Below, one piece after another: positions 28,896-37,351 of a stretch of 64,000 bases of DNA (positions within the stretch are counted from its first letter, which is position 1; each line of letters begins with the position of its first letter). The stretch is taken from positions 1 through 64,000 of the IMG/VR virus record IMGVR_UViG_3300031369_000001, one strand, 5' to 3'. The position numbers and the translations under genes are program-made. Source of the DNA: a virus. The notes beneath the pieces are model-generated. The model saw only the letters and a program-made list of their open reading frames with translations. It searched no databases and had not been told where the DNA came from.

Positions 28896-29171
28896 ATGCG
28901 ATTAGATGAATATAAAACCACTAATAATAATCAACTTTATAAACGATTAAGAAAAAGGTATTTAGAAAATCAAAATCTTATTTCTTGTTCATATTGTAGA
29001 TATCATCGATTAGAAAATAGAAATAAAAAGGGATGGACAGGAGATCGTATGTGGCAGGTAATGTGGTATCCTGTTATATCTAGTAAAACTACTTGGAAAA
29101 AGGTAAGAAGATATCAATATAAACGTAGTAAAAGGTTAGTAATATGGAAAGAAGATCAATTCAGTATTTAG
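28896..29171 (+). CDS. basic hypothetical protein
   Basis: CSYC..H..EN...WKK.R..QYK pattern. Confidence 0.6.
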   Translation: MRLDEYKTTNNNQLYKRLRKRYLENQNLISCSYCRYHRLENRNKKGWTGDRMWQVMWYPVISSKTTWKKVRRYQYKRSKRLVIWKEDQFSI

Positions 29172-29782
29172 TTAATACGTTTAAACGAATCCCATTTAAA
29201 TTAGATTTAAAATCTATCCAATTACCGGAGTATTCAGCTATGGTAGTATTGGGTGACCAAATTACTGAAGAAAAGGCTTCTGAAATAATTATTAGAACAG
29301 ATAGTCTTAATATATGGGAAAGTAAACATGGTGGTTTTAAAGGATGTATTACCTATTTACCTTTGATTTTTTTATGTAATGAATGGATTACTTCCGAATA
29401 TAGTAAAGGTCCTCATGGTTGGTGCGATTGGGAAGGAAATATTGGTTGTCATTATGGGAATATAGGGCCTAATGCAACGGTTGAATGGATAGAATATGAA
29501 TGGAAATTAATTGCTTATTACTTTCCTTTTCTTAGTCTGAGGTGTCAATTATTTGATAGAGATGTCAATGATGTAGGTCGAAAACCTATAGTAGAATATG
29601 AAGTAAATAAAGGAGTAGTAAAGACTTTATTACCTAGTGATTGCTTGGCACATAGTATTTATGGTGCTAAATATAGGACTGTGAAGGAATGGTGTGAGAC
29701 TTACCCGGTAGAAGAACGGTATAAAGGATTTAAAAATTCTAAACAAGTGGAGGAGGCTTATAAAATATGTCTGAGAAAATAG
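29144..29782 (+). CDS. hypothetical protein
   Basis: A.EIIIRTD, L.N.WI.S...GPHGWC.W.G, EW..IA..FPFL.L pattern. Confidence 0.7.
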   Translation: MERRSIQYLVNTFKRIPFKLDLKSIQLPEYSAMVVLGDQITEEKASEIIIRTDSLNIWESKHGGFKGCITYLPLIFLCNEWITSEYSKGPHGWCDWEGNIGCHYGNIGPNATVEWIEYEWKLIAYYFPFLSLRCQLFDRDVNDVGRKPIVEYEVNKGVVKTLLPSDCLAHSIYGAKYRTVKEWCETYPVEERYKGFKNSKQVEEAYKICLRK

Positions 29783-30150
29783 TAACGGCTTGTGATAAAG
29801 AACATTATTGTGGTTATGAGGGTATTAGCTGTATAAATATGTTGGATTGTTCTTACTATGAAAAGTGTAATTGTAGAGTTTGTATAAATGTTGTATCTAA
29901 TACATGTAAATGGGAATCTAGTATCGGTAGATGCGAAAATATAAAAGCTTGGCCAGAGAATCAAAATATTGAAAGTGAAATAGAAGCAAGTAGGTCTTTT
30001 GCAAAAGCTTTTAAATGGGCTATGCAATTAGGAATGGAAATTGAATTTTTTGTTTCATTTATGGATCATATGAATAATGGATATAGTATAGTTGAATCTA
30101 TTTTCCATGCAAATAGGGAATGGGATTTATAAAATATGTCTGAGAAAATA
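29758..30150 (+). repeat. 24-bp exact direct repeat TTATAAAATATGTCTGAGAAAATA (29758-29781 / 30127-30150) bracketing one gene
   Basis: Read directly. Confidence 0.85.
29767..30132 (+). CDS. Cys-rich hypothetical protein
   Basis: GGAGG RBS; A..EWDL C-terminus. Confidence 0.65.
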   Translation: MSEKIVTACDKEHYCGYEGISCINMLDCSYYEKCNCRVCINVVSNTCKWESSIGRCENIKAWPENQNIESEIEASRSFAKAFKWAMQLGMEIEFFVSFMDHMNNGYSIVESIFHANREWDL

Positions 30151-30152
30151 AA

Positions 30153-30431
30153 ATGATTTGTTTGCATTGTGGCTATTGCTGTACTCATTTGTCTGTTGTT
30201 ATAGTAGATAATCCTAAATTAGGTATTCAAGAAGGTAATTTAATACATCATGCAGGTAATGGTCCTTGTAAACATTTGATAGGAAATCATTCAGGGAAAT
30301 ATATGTGTGCTGTTCACAATGAGGAATGGTATAAAGAAACTCCATGTTTTCAATATACTCAGATTGAATCTTCAATAGATACATTTTGTCGAATAGGTTT
30401 ATCAAAAATGAAAGGTATTGATGATGTTTAA
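30153..30431 (+). CDS. CxxCxxCC (YkgJ-like) Zn/Fe-chelating protein
   Basis: CLHCGYCC...CKHL....C.VH....C. Confidence 0.7.
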   Translation: MICLHCGYCCTHLSVVIVDNPKLGIQEGNLIHHAGNGPCKHLIGNHSGKYMCAVHNEEWYKETPCFQYTQIESSIDTFCRIGLSKMKGIDDV

Positions 30432-30612
30432 CAAAAAGAAAATAGATATAAAAGATCTTCCTTTTGCTTATATGGAAGAAGGAATGTGTGCTCATTGTGG
30501 TTGTAGACTAAGTACAACAAAAATGAATGGAAAATTTATTTGTGGTTATTGTAGAGTGCTATATAAAAAGTGTTATATAAAAAAGTTTTATTTAGTAAAT
30601 GGGATGAGCTAG
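30418..30612 (+). CDS. small zinc-finger protein
   Basis: CAHCG...CGYC. Confidence 0.5.
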   Translation: MMMFNKKKIDIKDLPFAYMEEGMCAHCGCRLSTTKMNGKFICGYCRVLYKKCYIKKFYLVNGMS

Positions 30613-30658
30613 CTAAGCTAGAGGATTTAGCGCATGGTTGGAAAAGTTAGGAGACAAG

Positions 30659-31036
30659 ATGGCTAAAAAGAGAGACATAGATAAATGGATTAAGAATGGG
30701 CAAAAAGTTTGGGAAGTAACTAATAATGGGCCAATAGAAGTAGAATTAATCTATAGGGATTATTTTCAGACCATGGTTCAATATATTAGTGGGCATCGTG
30801 GATGTTGTCCGCATTGGGCAATTTGTGAAATAAAAGAGGAAGCTTTATCTGCTTCTATTATACTTATTAGGAATGTGTGTAATTATGATTTAGAAAAATT
30901 AGATAAGCAATTTATTAAATTGCAAGAATTGGTAAATGAATCTAGAGAATATTCACATTTAGCGATAGTGAACGATAAAAGATTATCCTTTTTTAAAAAA
31001 GGATTTCGTTTAATGAAATTTAAGAAAGGAGAATAG
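30659..31036 (+). CDS. member of expanded small-protein family
   Basis: AGGAG RBS; IDKWIKNGQKVW...EIKEEAL. Confidence 0.6.
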   Translation: MAKKRDIDKWIKNGQKVWEVTNNGPIEVELIYRDYFQTMVQYISGHRGCCPHWAICEIKEEALSASIILIRNVCNYDLEKLDKQFIKLQELVNESREYSHLAIVNDKRLSFFKKGFRLMKFKKGE

Positions 31037-31037
31037 T

Positions 31038-31295
31038 ATGTACAACACTACGGCTTCCAATCACGTTTACCTTACTATTACTGATGCTATAGGTTTATGT
31101 AAAATTTGTAACCGGGTTATTTATAAAGAAGATTTAGTTGATGAAGAATTATATAGATGTATTGATTCTGTTATAAAATCAATGAGCATTGATTTATCAA
31201 TAGCTAAGGATAAGGTGGTAAAATTTAATAAGGAATATCTTTGTTTAAAACATAAAGGTGTAAAAGAATTATGTTTTGGAAAAGAGGAGAATTAA
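31038..31295 (+). CDS. hypothetical protein
   Basis: AAGGAG RBS. Confidence 0.6.
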   Translation: MYNTTASNHVYLTITDAIGLCKICNRVIYKEDLVDEELYRCIDSVIKSMSIDLSIAKDKVVKFNKEYLCLKHKGVKELCFGKEEN

Positions 31296-31296
31296 A

Positions 31297-31674
31297 ATGT
31301 CTAAGCAATCAAACTATGTAAAAGCAGATGTACTAAAGAATTTTGAAAATGGTAAAATGCCAAGAGTAAAAATTGATTGGCGTGGATTATTGTATATTAA
31401 TAGAGCAGGAAAATTGATTAAGGTTAAATGTATTTATTCTGGAAATAGTAGTGCTGAAAGGAGATACTGTACTCATGATTGTGCTTGTTTTGGAGATCCC
31501 ATAACACAGTATTTACCTCCAGATAAAATTAGGATAGAGTTATCTTTATGTCATAAGTTTATTGAGTGTGGATTGTATGAGTTTTTAGATGAACGATTAT
31601 TGTCTATAGGGGAACGTCGATATATGAATGAATGTGGTGATTTTTGTCATTTAGATACCAGGGATGATGTTTGA
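31297..31674 (+). CDS. hypothetical protein
   Basis: GAGGAG RBS; ID..G.L.I.RAG....C...C...C..FG.P pattern. Confidence 0.65.
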   Translation: MSKQSNYVKADVLKNFENGKMPRVKIDWRGLLYINRAGKLIKVKCIYSGNSSAERRYCTHDCACFGDPITQYLPPDKIRIELSLCHKFIECGLYEFLDERLLSIGERRYMNECGDFCHLDTRDDV

Positions 31675-31921
31675 TATTTTTGAAATAATGGATAAATTAA
31701 TTGAATTACGAAATACCTATTCTATTTTAGAGTGCTCTAATAAATGGTATTTCGTAATAGGGGATATTTACTTTGAGGCATTACGGGCTAATATACCTAA
31801 TTGGATGCAGGTAATTTATGAAGATAGTAATGGAGAAAATAGATATAGAAATATTCCTATTGAGATTGATTATACTAATCGGACAGTAGTTTCTTTAGAA
31901 AGGCAAAGGATACCTAGATGA
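31664..31921 (+). CDS. hypothetical protein
   Basis: Coupled ORF. Confidence 0.55.
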   Translation: MMFDIFEIMDKLIELRNTYSILECSNKWYFVIGDIYFEALRANIPNWMQVIYEDSNGENRYRNIPIEIDYTNRTVVSLERQRIPR

Positions 31922-32274
31922 CTGTTTGGAATGAAAGTAATGATTATGGAAAATCATTTCTTTTAGAGGAGTGGCGGCAAGCATGTGATCGAGCAAAGAA
32001 TTGTTTAATTGGAACTGACCCTAATTTACGAGTAATGAGCGCATTACAAGAATTGCGTAGAATGAGATCTCAGGTATTTTCAATGGCGGGAGTTATTTGT
32101 TCGTCTTGTGGAGGGGAAGGCATGAAAACATATTCTTCTACTGCAACTTGGAAAGGAGGAATTGGTGGTCAATCTATTACCGAAGATGTTTGTGATAAAT
32201 GCTGGGGAACTGGGCGCAGTGATGTAACTGGTTTAAATTTACGTAAGGTAGACCGGCTTTTAAGAAATAAATAA
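31918..32274 (+). CDS. CxxCxGxG zinc-finger protein
   Basis: CSSCGGEG...TATW.GG.GGQ..T.DVCDKCWGTG. Confidence 0.75.
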   Translation: MTVWNESNDYGKSFLLEEWRQACDRAKNCLIGTDPNLRVMSALQELRRMRSQVFSMAGVICSSCGGEGMKTYSSTATWKGGIGGQSITEDVCDKCWGTGRSDVTGLNLRKVDRLLRNK

Positions 32275-32340
32275 GTTGTTTATTTACTAATAGATGTTAA
32301 ATTAGTTAATGTCATATGTCCTTTTCTTCTCCTTGGGTTA

Positions 32341-32381
32341 CACCCCCTAAATTATATCGGCATGGTTGGTTTAGGGGGTGG
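32341..32381 (+). terminator. stem-loop (CACCCCCTAAA / TTTAGGGGGTG) after accessory operon
   Basis: 11-bp perfect stem followed by T-rich tract. Confidence 0.55.
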
Positions 32382-32483
32382 TTTATCTATTTTCATTTTT
32401 AATAAAGATTTGTATTGAAATTATTGTTGATGTGGTGTATGGGTTAAATTCACTTTAACACTCATACTAAGGAGGTATGAATC

Positions 32484-33395
32484 ATGGGAACATCACATTT
32501 AAACATTCTTTTAAGAGACCATCTTTGTACACCAATTACTGATTGCTGGATGCTTGATTTAGCTGTTCAGCTTTGTAATGGGACACCGTTATATGATGTA
32601 TTTCCTATTGTACAGCAATTAAAGGATAGATATTCGTATGCTGCTGTAGTTAAGGATTTATCTGAATATCCTTTACCTGATCAAAGTGGAAATACTCTAC
32701 AGGTTACTGTAAGCAGTGGGACTATGGAGGAACTCACATTTACTGCTCCAGCAATGACGCAGTCTCAGATTTTTACTCAAATTAAGAATAGAAACTTTAC
32801 GGGGTGTAAAGTTTATATTCAAGATGGCCAAATTGTCATTGAAACAAATGATAAAGGTCCTACAGTTACTTTGACTATTGGTGGGTCTAATTCTATCGGA
32901 TGGGCACCTGTGGAACAGGGAGCAGGTTATCGGATTAGTACTCGCTATTATCATAGTGCCTATCGAATTAATATACTTCCTCCTAGTGGACAGTATATTA
33001 ATCATGTTGAAATGGATGTTCCTGTTGGGTGCTATAAGGTATTTGGTAGAGTTTGTCATGGTAAGAATGAGGATACCTCTAAGGTTATGCAGGTAATTGA
33101 GAATTGTGGGGAATGTTATACGGCCAACCTCTTATTGCCGGAAGTTATGAATTGTTCTCGAGATGTTATTTACCCATTAATGCACAAGTTACTTGATTAT
33201 CAGGGATTGCCTGATATTGCTGATAGGGCAAAGGTATTACAGGGCATTGCGTATGTTGCTAATTTACCGAGGGAACAGATTTTAGTTGAATTGGCCGATC
33301 GGAAACAGGATGCCTTGGATATTGATAGGACTGATCTTGCAGCACAGGTTGATTTAATTATTGCTATCGCACAATTACTTCCACAGTGTTGTTAA
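32484..33395 (+). CDS. hypothetical protein, stand-alone unit (possibly structural/beta-rich)
   Basis: AAGGAGG RBS; flanked by stem-loops. Confidence 0.8.
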   Translation: MGTSHLNILLRDHLCTPITDCWMLDLAVQLCNGTPLYDVFPIVQQLKDRYSYAAVVKDLSEYPLPDQSGNTLQVTVSSGTMEELTFTAPAMTQSQIFTQIKNRNFTGCKVYIQDGQIVIETNDKGPTVTLTIGGSNSIGWAPVEQGAGYRISTRYYHSAYRINILPPSGQYINHVEMDVPVGCYKVFGRVCHGKNEDTSKVMQVIENCGECYTANLLLPEVMNCSRDVIYPLMHKLLDYQGLPDIADRAKVLQGIAYVANLPREQILVELADRKQDALDIDRTDLAAQVDLIIAIAQLLPQCC

Positions 33396-33458
33396 TTTCT
33401 AAAAAAGGGCTATATTGTAGATAGGCACTTTGTGCCCCTCCTGTATCTTTGTTGGGGT

Positions 33459-33505
33459 TGCCCTTGGCAGTGAGTCTCCTTTCCTCCTACCAAGGGCACT
33501 TTTTT
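33459..33505 (+). terminator. rho-independent terminator with CU-rich loop
   Basis: TGCCCTTGG / CCAAGGGCA stem then C and a T run. Confidence 0.7.
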
Positions 33506-33598
33506 ATAGACAATACCTCCATTTTGCCGTAAAATATTTAGAGGAATAGTATTAAGGTATAATTAAGTACTTTAATACCTAAATGAAAGGAAAAACAA

Positions 33599-33828
33599 AT
33601 GTTGATTAAAAATGTCACTGTTTTGGTTGATCGTGGGTGCGATAGGATTATGATCACGTTTGAAGATAAAGAGGCTTTTCCTAATTTGTGTGATAATACC
33701 GTCATACACATAGATACACAAAAGGGCATATGGGTATTAATCCAGAAGTGATTAGTTCTCTTCATGGGGTTGTTGAAAAAGGTGAGGAGTTAAAAGATAG
33801 ACACATTGAGTTTACAAAACGTACTTAG
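33599..33828 (+). pseudogene. small gene apparently frameshifted near 33728
   Basis: AAGGA RBS; first frame stops at about 33751 while a second frame (MGINPEVIS...) runs open to 33828. Confidence 0.35.
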
Positions 33829-33849
33829 ACGCAATGAAAGGAAGTAGGA

Positions 33850-34425
33850 ATGGACAGGAAAGAGATAAAGGATATACCTGTGAATAGAAAATTGTATGGA
33901 GAATATCTTCGTGAGGAAAGAAAGAAAAAACGAAAAACTCTTGGAGATATTGCAAGAGCACTGGAAGTATCAGTTACCTGTGTATCAGATATTGAGCGAG
34001 CTAAACGATGCCCATTTAGTGATACTCAAAATGAAATCATTGCGAGAATTCTCCAAATTTCTGTTGAGGAATTAAAGTTACGCGCAGCAGAAAGCCTAGG
34101 AGCGTTTATCTTAGTGGATTGTAATGTTTTACTTGTTTGGTTTACTTCTGATGGTTTTTCTAATCTTTATCTTATAAAAAATCCTATAAAAAAAGATATT
34201 GAACTCTTAGAGAAAGCACATGGGCATTATGTAAATGTAGATGAAGAAGATGCTATTCAAGAGGTTTTAATAATAGCTGATTATATATGTGAGAATGTAG
34301 ATTATTGGTCAAATAAGAATGATCCTAATATGGGTAAATGGGTTAATTACAAATTGGATACATCTTCTCCTATTATAGTAGACGTTCCTATCTCTATTAT
34401 TTATACATGTGGTTGGGTAGATTAG
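33850..34425 (+). CDS. XRE-family HTH protein with additional C-terminal domain
   Basis: YG.YLR..R......L.DIA..L.VS...VSDIER.KR.P. Confidence 0.8.
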   Translation: MDRKEIKDIPVNRKLYGEYLREERKKKRKTLGDIARALEVSVTCVSDIERAKRCPFSDTQNEIIARILQISVEELKLRAAESLGAFILVDCNVLLVWFTSDGFSNLYLIKNPIKKDIELLEKAHGHYVNVDEEDAIQEVLIIADYICENVDYWSNKNDPNMGKWVNYKLDTSSPIIVDVPISIIYTCGWVD

Positions 34426-34427
34426 AA

Positions 34428-34718
34428 ATGAAACTACGAGATATGAAGCCGAATGTTCGGTATAAGGTTATTAAGGGATCAACGGACAAAGCTTTTCAAA
34501 TAGGGGATAGTGTTGAATTATGTGAAAAATCAAAGGATATTTTGAATCAAAATGCAGGTGGGTGGATGGATTCATATGATTTAGAAGAATCTGGTTATTT
34601 GGATAAAGTATTCGTTGATGTGGATACTGAATATCTTGTGAAAAAGATAAAAGAGAAAAAGGAGCAATTAGAAAAAGAAATCGATTTATTGAGTAGTTTA
34701 TTGGAGAAAGAGAAATGA
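34428..34718 (+). CDS. hypothetical protein, tandem paralog (MKLRDMKPN)
   Basis: Aligns with 34715-34909. Confidence 0.7.
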   Translation: MKLRDMKPNVRYKVIKGSTDKAFQIGDSVELCEKSKDILNQNAGGWMDSYDLEESGYLDKVFVDVDTEYLVKKIKEKKEQLEKEIDLLSSLLEKEK

Positions 34719-34909
34719 AGTTACGAGATGTAAAACCAAATACTAGTTATATAGTTATTAAGGGATCTAAGGATGACACTTTTCAAAGAGGGGATAAGAT
34801 TTATATTGATGCGTTGTACGAAGATGGTTTTATTCATGGTATTGATGCGTGGATAAATGTAAAAAATTCTGTTTATTTGGATGAAGTAGTAGTGGAAGAA
34901 ATAGATTAG
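34715..34909 (+). CDS. hypothetical protein, tandem paralog (MKLRDVKPN)
   Basis: Y.VIKGS.D..FQ.GD...W......YLD.V shared. Confidence 0.7.
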   Translation: MKLRDVKPNTSYIVIKGSKDDTFQRGDKIYIDALYEDGFIHGIDAWINVKNSVYLDEVVVEEID

Positions 34910-34983
34910 TTTTTACTTTTTGGTTAATACCTTGTCTTTTTTCTAGAAATACTTCATATATAGAATAATGGAAGGAGGGAAAA

Positions 34984-35676
34984 ATGCTTCCTGTAACGCA
35001 TATTTTTTCTAGACGGCAAACTTGGCCAGGGCAAGTTCCTAAAAGATTAGACCCTATTTGTTATGGGCCGCAAAGATTAGCGGATTTTGAAAAATTTAAT
35101 CAATGGACGCAGTCCACTGTGTCTACTGCTAAAGATGTGGTAGAGGGGCTAGGATTCCCTATTTCTCAAGAAAAGGAGTGGATAACTTTTCTTCAGACGC
35201 AGATTACTGGTCAAAAAAATGAGTTAGAATTTAGAAAATCAGTAGTTCTGAAGGCCATTTCAGATAATTTAGATCCTTTTTTACGGAATATAATTGGCGT
35301 ACGTGCTATTAAATATTTTCGAAATATGAAAAAAAGTATACCTATTTTTATGTTACGAAAAGCGGTTCCTCGAGGAGGTTCTTACTATAGGAGGGTACCT
35401 AAGAAGAATGGAAATGGTTATAATTATTATTATAATCAAGAAACATACGAGCGAAGTAAGGGGGCACATTTAGGTGGCCCTGATACTGTTTCAGGGTATT
35501 TAGGAAATAAAATAAAAAATATTTTGAGTAATGGGGCGCAAAATCCTGAAGTATTTAAAAACCTTGTAAAAAAACATGGTTTAGATAAGATAGAAAGTGT
35601 GATGACTGAGTTACAAAAGAAAGGAAATTTGAAAATCAGTAAAGGTAAATTTTACTGGGTAGAAAGTGAGGGATAA
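34984..35676 (+). CDS. putative head-associated protein
   Basis: AAGGAGG RBS; four K|[SA] sites (FRKS, VLKA, MKKS, LRKA); LRKAVPRGGSYYRRVPK. Confidence 0.65.
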   Translation: MLPVTHIFSRRQTWPGQVPKRLDPICYGPQRLADFEKFNQWTQSTVSTAKDVVEGLGFPISQEKEWITFLQTQITGQKNELEFRKSVVLKAISDNLDPFLRNIIGVRAIKYFRNMKKSIPIFMLRKAVPRGGSYYRRVPKKNGNGYNYYYNQETYERSKGAHLGGPDTVSGYLGNKIKNILSNGAQNPEVFKNLVKKHGLDKIESVMTELQKKGNLKISKGKFYWVESEG

Positions 35677-35680
35677 TGAA

Positions 35681-35872
35681 ATGGAACTTTTTTGTAAAGT
35701 ATGTGGATCTCCTGTGAATGGAGAATATCTTCGAATTGGTCATTTAGAGCGCAATGTGTATTCGTGTACAAATCGACATTGTGAACGAGCATCATTGCAT
35801 TATCTAAAGGATAATGCCTCCTTGCCTTCTTGGATTCGTCTGAATCTTCAAGAATATAAAAAGGCCAATTAA
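35681..35872 (+). CDS. small zinc-finger protein
   Basis: CKVCG...CTNRHC. Confidence 0.55.
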   Translation: MELFCKVCGSPVNGEYLRIGHLERNVYSCTNRHCERASLHYLKDNASLPSWIRLNLQEYKKAN

Positions 35873-36059
35873 TGGCTAAATCTCCAAGGGTATTTACACA
35901 TTGCCGTTGGGATTGTAATCGAATAGCAATTTTATTTATAGATAAAGAATTGTCTATAGATATTACACTAGAGGAAGCTAAAGAACTTTTTTCTAGCCTT
36001 AGAAAAAGATATAGAAGAGTATTCTTCGAATAAAGATTGAAATAAAAGGAGTATGTTAA

Positions 36060-37334
36060 ATGGAAAAGGCAGTTTGGTCAAATGCGCATATGAATGATTT
36101 GCCGGATAGTGCGTTTCTTTATATTGAATCAGGTGGAAAGAAAGATGAAAGTGGTAAAACGGTACCTCGTTCATTGCGTCATTTTCCTTATAGAGGAATG
36201 GATGGTAAAATTGATTTAGCACATGTAAGGAATGCAATTGCCCGCATTCCTCAATCTAAGTGTGGTTTATCGGAACAACAAAAAGTAGCCTTACAGAATA
36301 GGGCTCGTAAATTATTGGAAGGAAAAAAAGAAATGGAAAAAGCAATGTTTCATATTAATTTGCAAAAAGCTGGTCAAGTTTATTATGGGCCTAAAGGCGG
36401 AAAGTATCGAGATCCACAACATAAAATACCTTGGAGCGATAAAGAATTAAAGTATGGAATGACTAAAGAAGAAGGACATATTCAATCTAGTGTATACAAG
36501 ATACATAATACTGCTTCAGATACAGAAGCGTTAAAATTATTTAAAGAAATTACTGGTACATACGGAAATGATAAGATTAAAGAGGTTATTGCTAAACAGA
36601 ATATTCCTATAAGTTCTGGACTAAAAGATGCCTTAAATTCTTATCGTGGAAGAAAAGATTTTATTAATACTTTACAAAATCATATTAATTGGGTCAAGAA
36701 GTATGGGGCGAAAAGAGATAAAGAAGAATCTTCAAACGTTCATGGAAAAATACTTAAAAGTTTAAATGAAGAAATTGAAATCTTAGAGACTTTTTTAAAG
36801 TCTACAATTGAAGATAGTTCTTTACCTATTATTGGAAAAGGTAAGGAACAAGGAGATCAAACATTAGATGGTAAAGGGAAATCTTCTGGCACTCCTGGTA
36901 GTGGTAGTACTGCCCCTGATAGAGGGGTGACAAAACCATCTGTAAAAAAGTTATCTGAAGATGATGAAGTAGACGAGAAAAATATGAAAGATCATAAGAA
37001 GCCTATTGAGAACACTGCAAGGAAAAGCCTTAATCTTTCTACTCACGCACATGACTATATGGCTAGAGAGGTAGCGTTACGAAAGGCTCAATTGCTTAAA
37101 GAAGATTTGGTTTATATTGAACCAGATGAACCTATTCAAAAGTCTATTGAAAATAAAATAATGACCTCTGATGAAATGGCTGTTCTTTCTATGCAGGATG
37201 AATCTTTTTATAAAGCGCATTTACTGAATCGGCCTTTGTCTGGTATTTCTTTAAGTACTGTTAGCAAGTGTAGACATTGCAGTAATACTTTTAGTAAAGC
37301 AATAACAGTTTGTCCGAATTGTGGTCGTATGTAA
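36060..37334 (+). CDS. multi-segment putative head protein (DUF6582-like N-domain, GPKGG tag, C-terminal Zn ribbon)
   Basis: DLPDSAF...RHFP....D..HVRNAIAR; about ten K|[SA] sites; YYGPKGGKYRDPQHKIPW; directly upstream of portal. Confidence 0.65.
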   Translation: MEKAVWSNAHMNDLPDSAFLYIESGGKKDESGKTVPRSLRHFPYRGMDGKIDLAHVRNAIARIPQSKCGLSEQQKVALQNRARKLLEGKKEMEKAMFHINLQKAGQVYYGPKGGKYRDPQHKIPWSDKELKYGMTKEEGHIQSSVYKIHNTASDTEALKLFKEITGTYGNDKIKEVIAKQNIPISSGLKDALNSYRGRKDFINTLQNHINWVKKYGAKRDKEESSNVHGKILKSLNEEIEILETFLKSTIEDSSLPIIGKGKEQGDQTLDGKGKSSGTPGSGSTAPDRGVTKPSVKKLSEDDEVDEKNMKDHKKPIENTARKSLNLSTHAHDYMAREVALRKAQLLKEDLVYIEPDEPIQKSIENKIMTSDEMAVLSMQDESFYKAHLLNRPLSGISLSTVSKCRHCSNTFSKAITVCPNCGRM

Positions 37335-37351
37335 TATAAAGGATTTTGATT

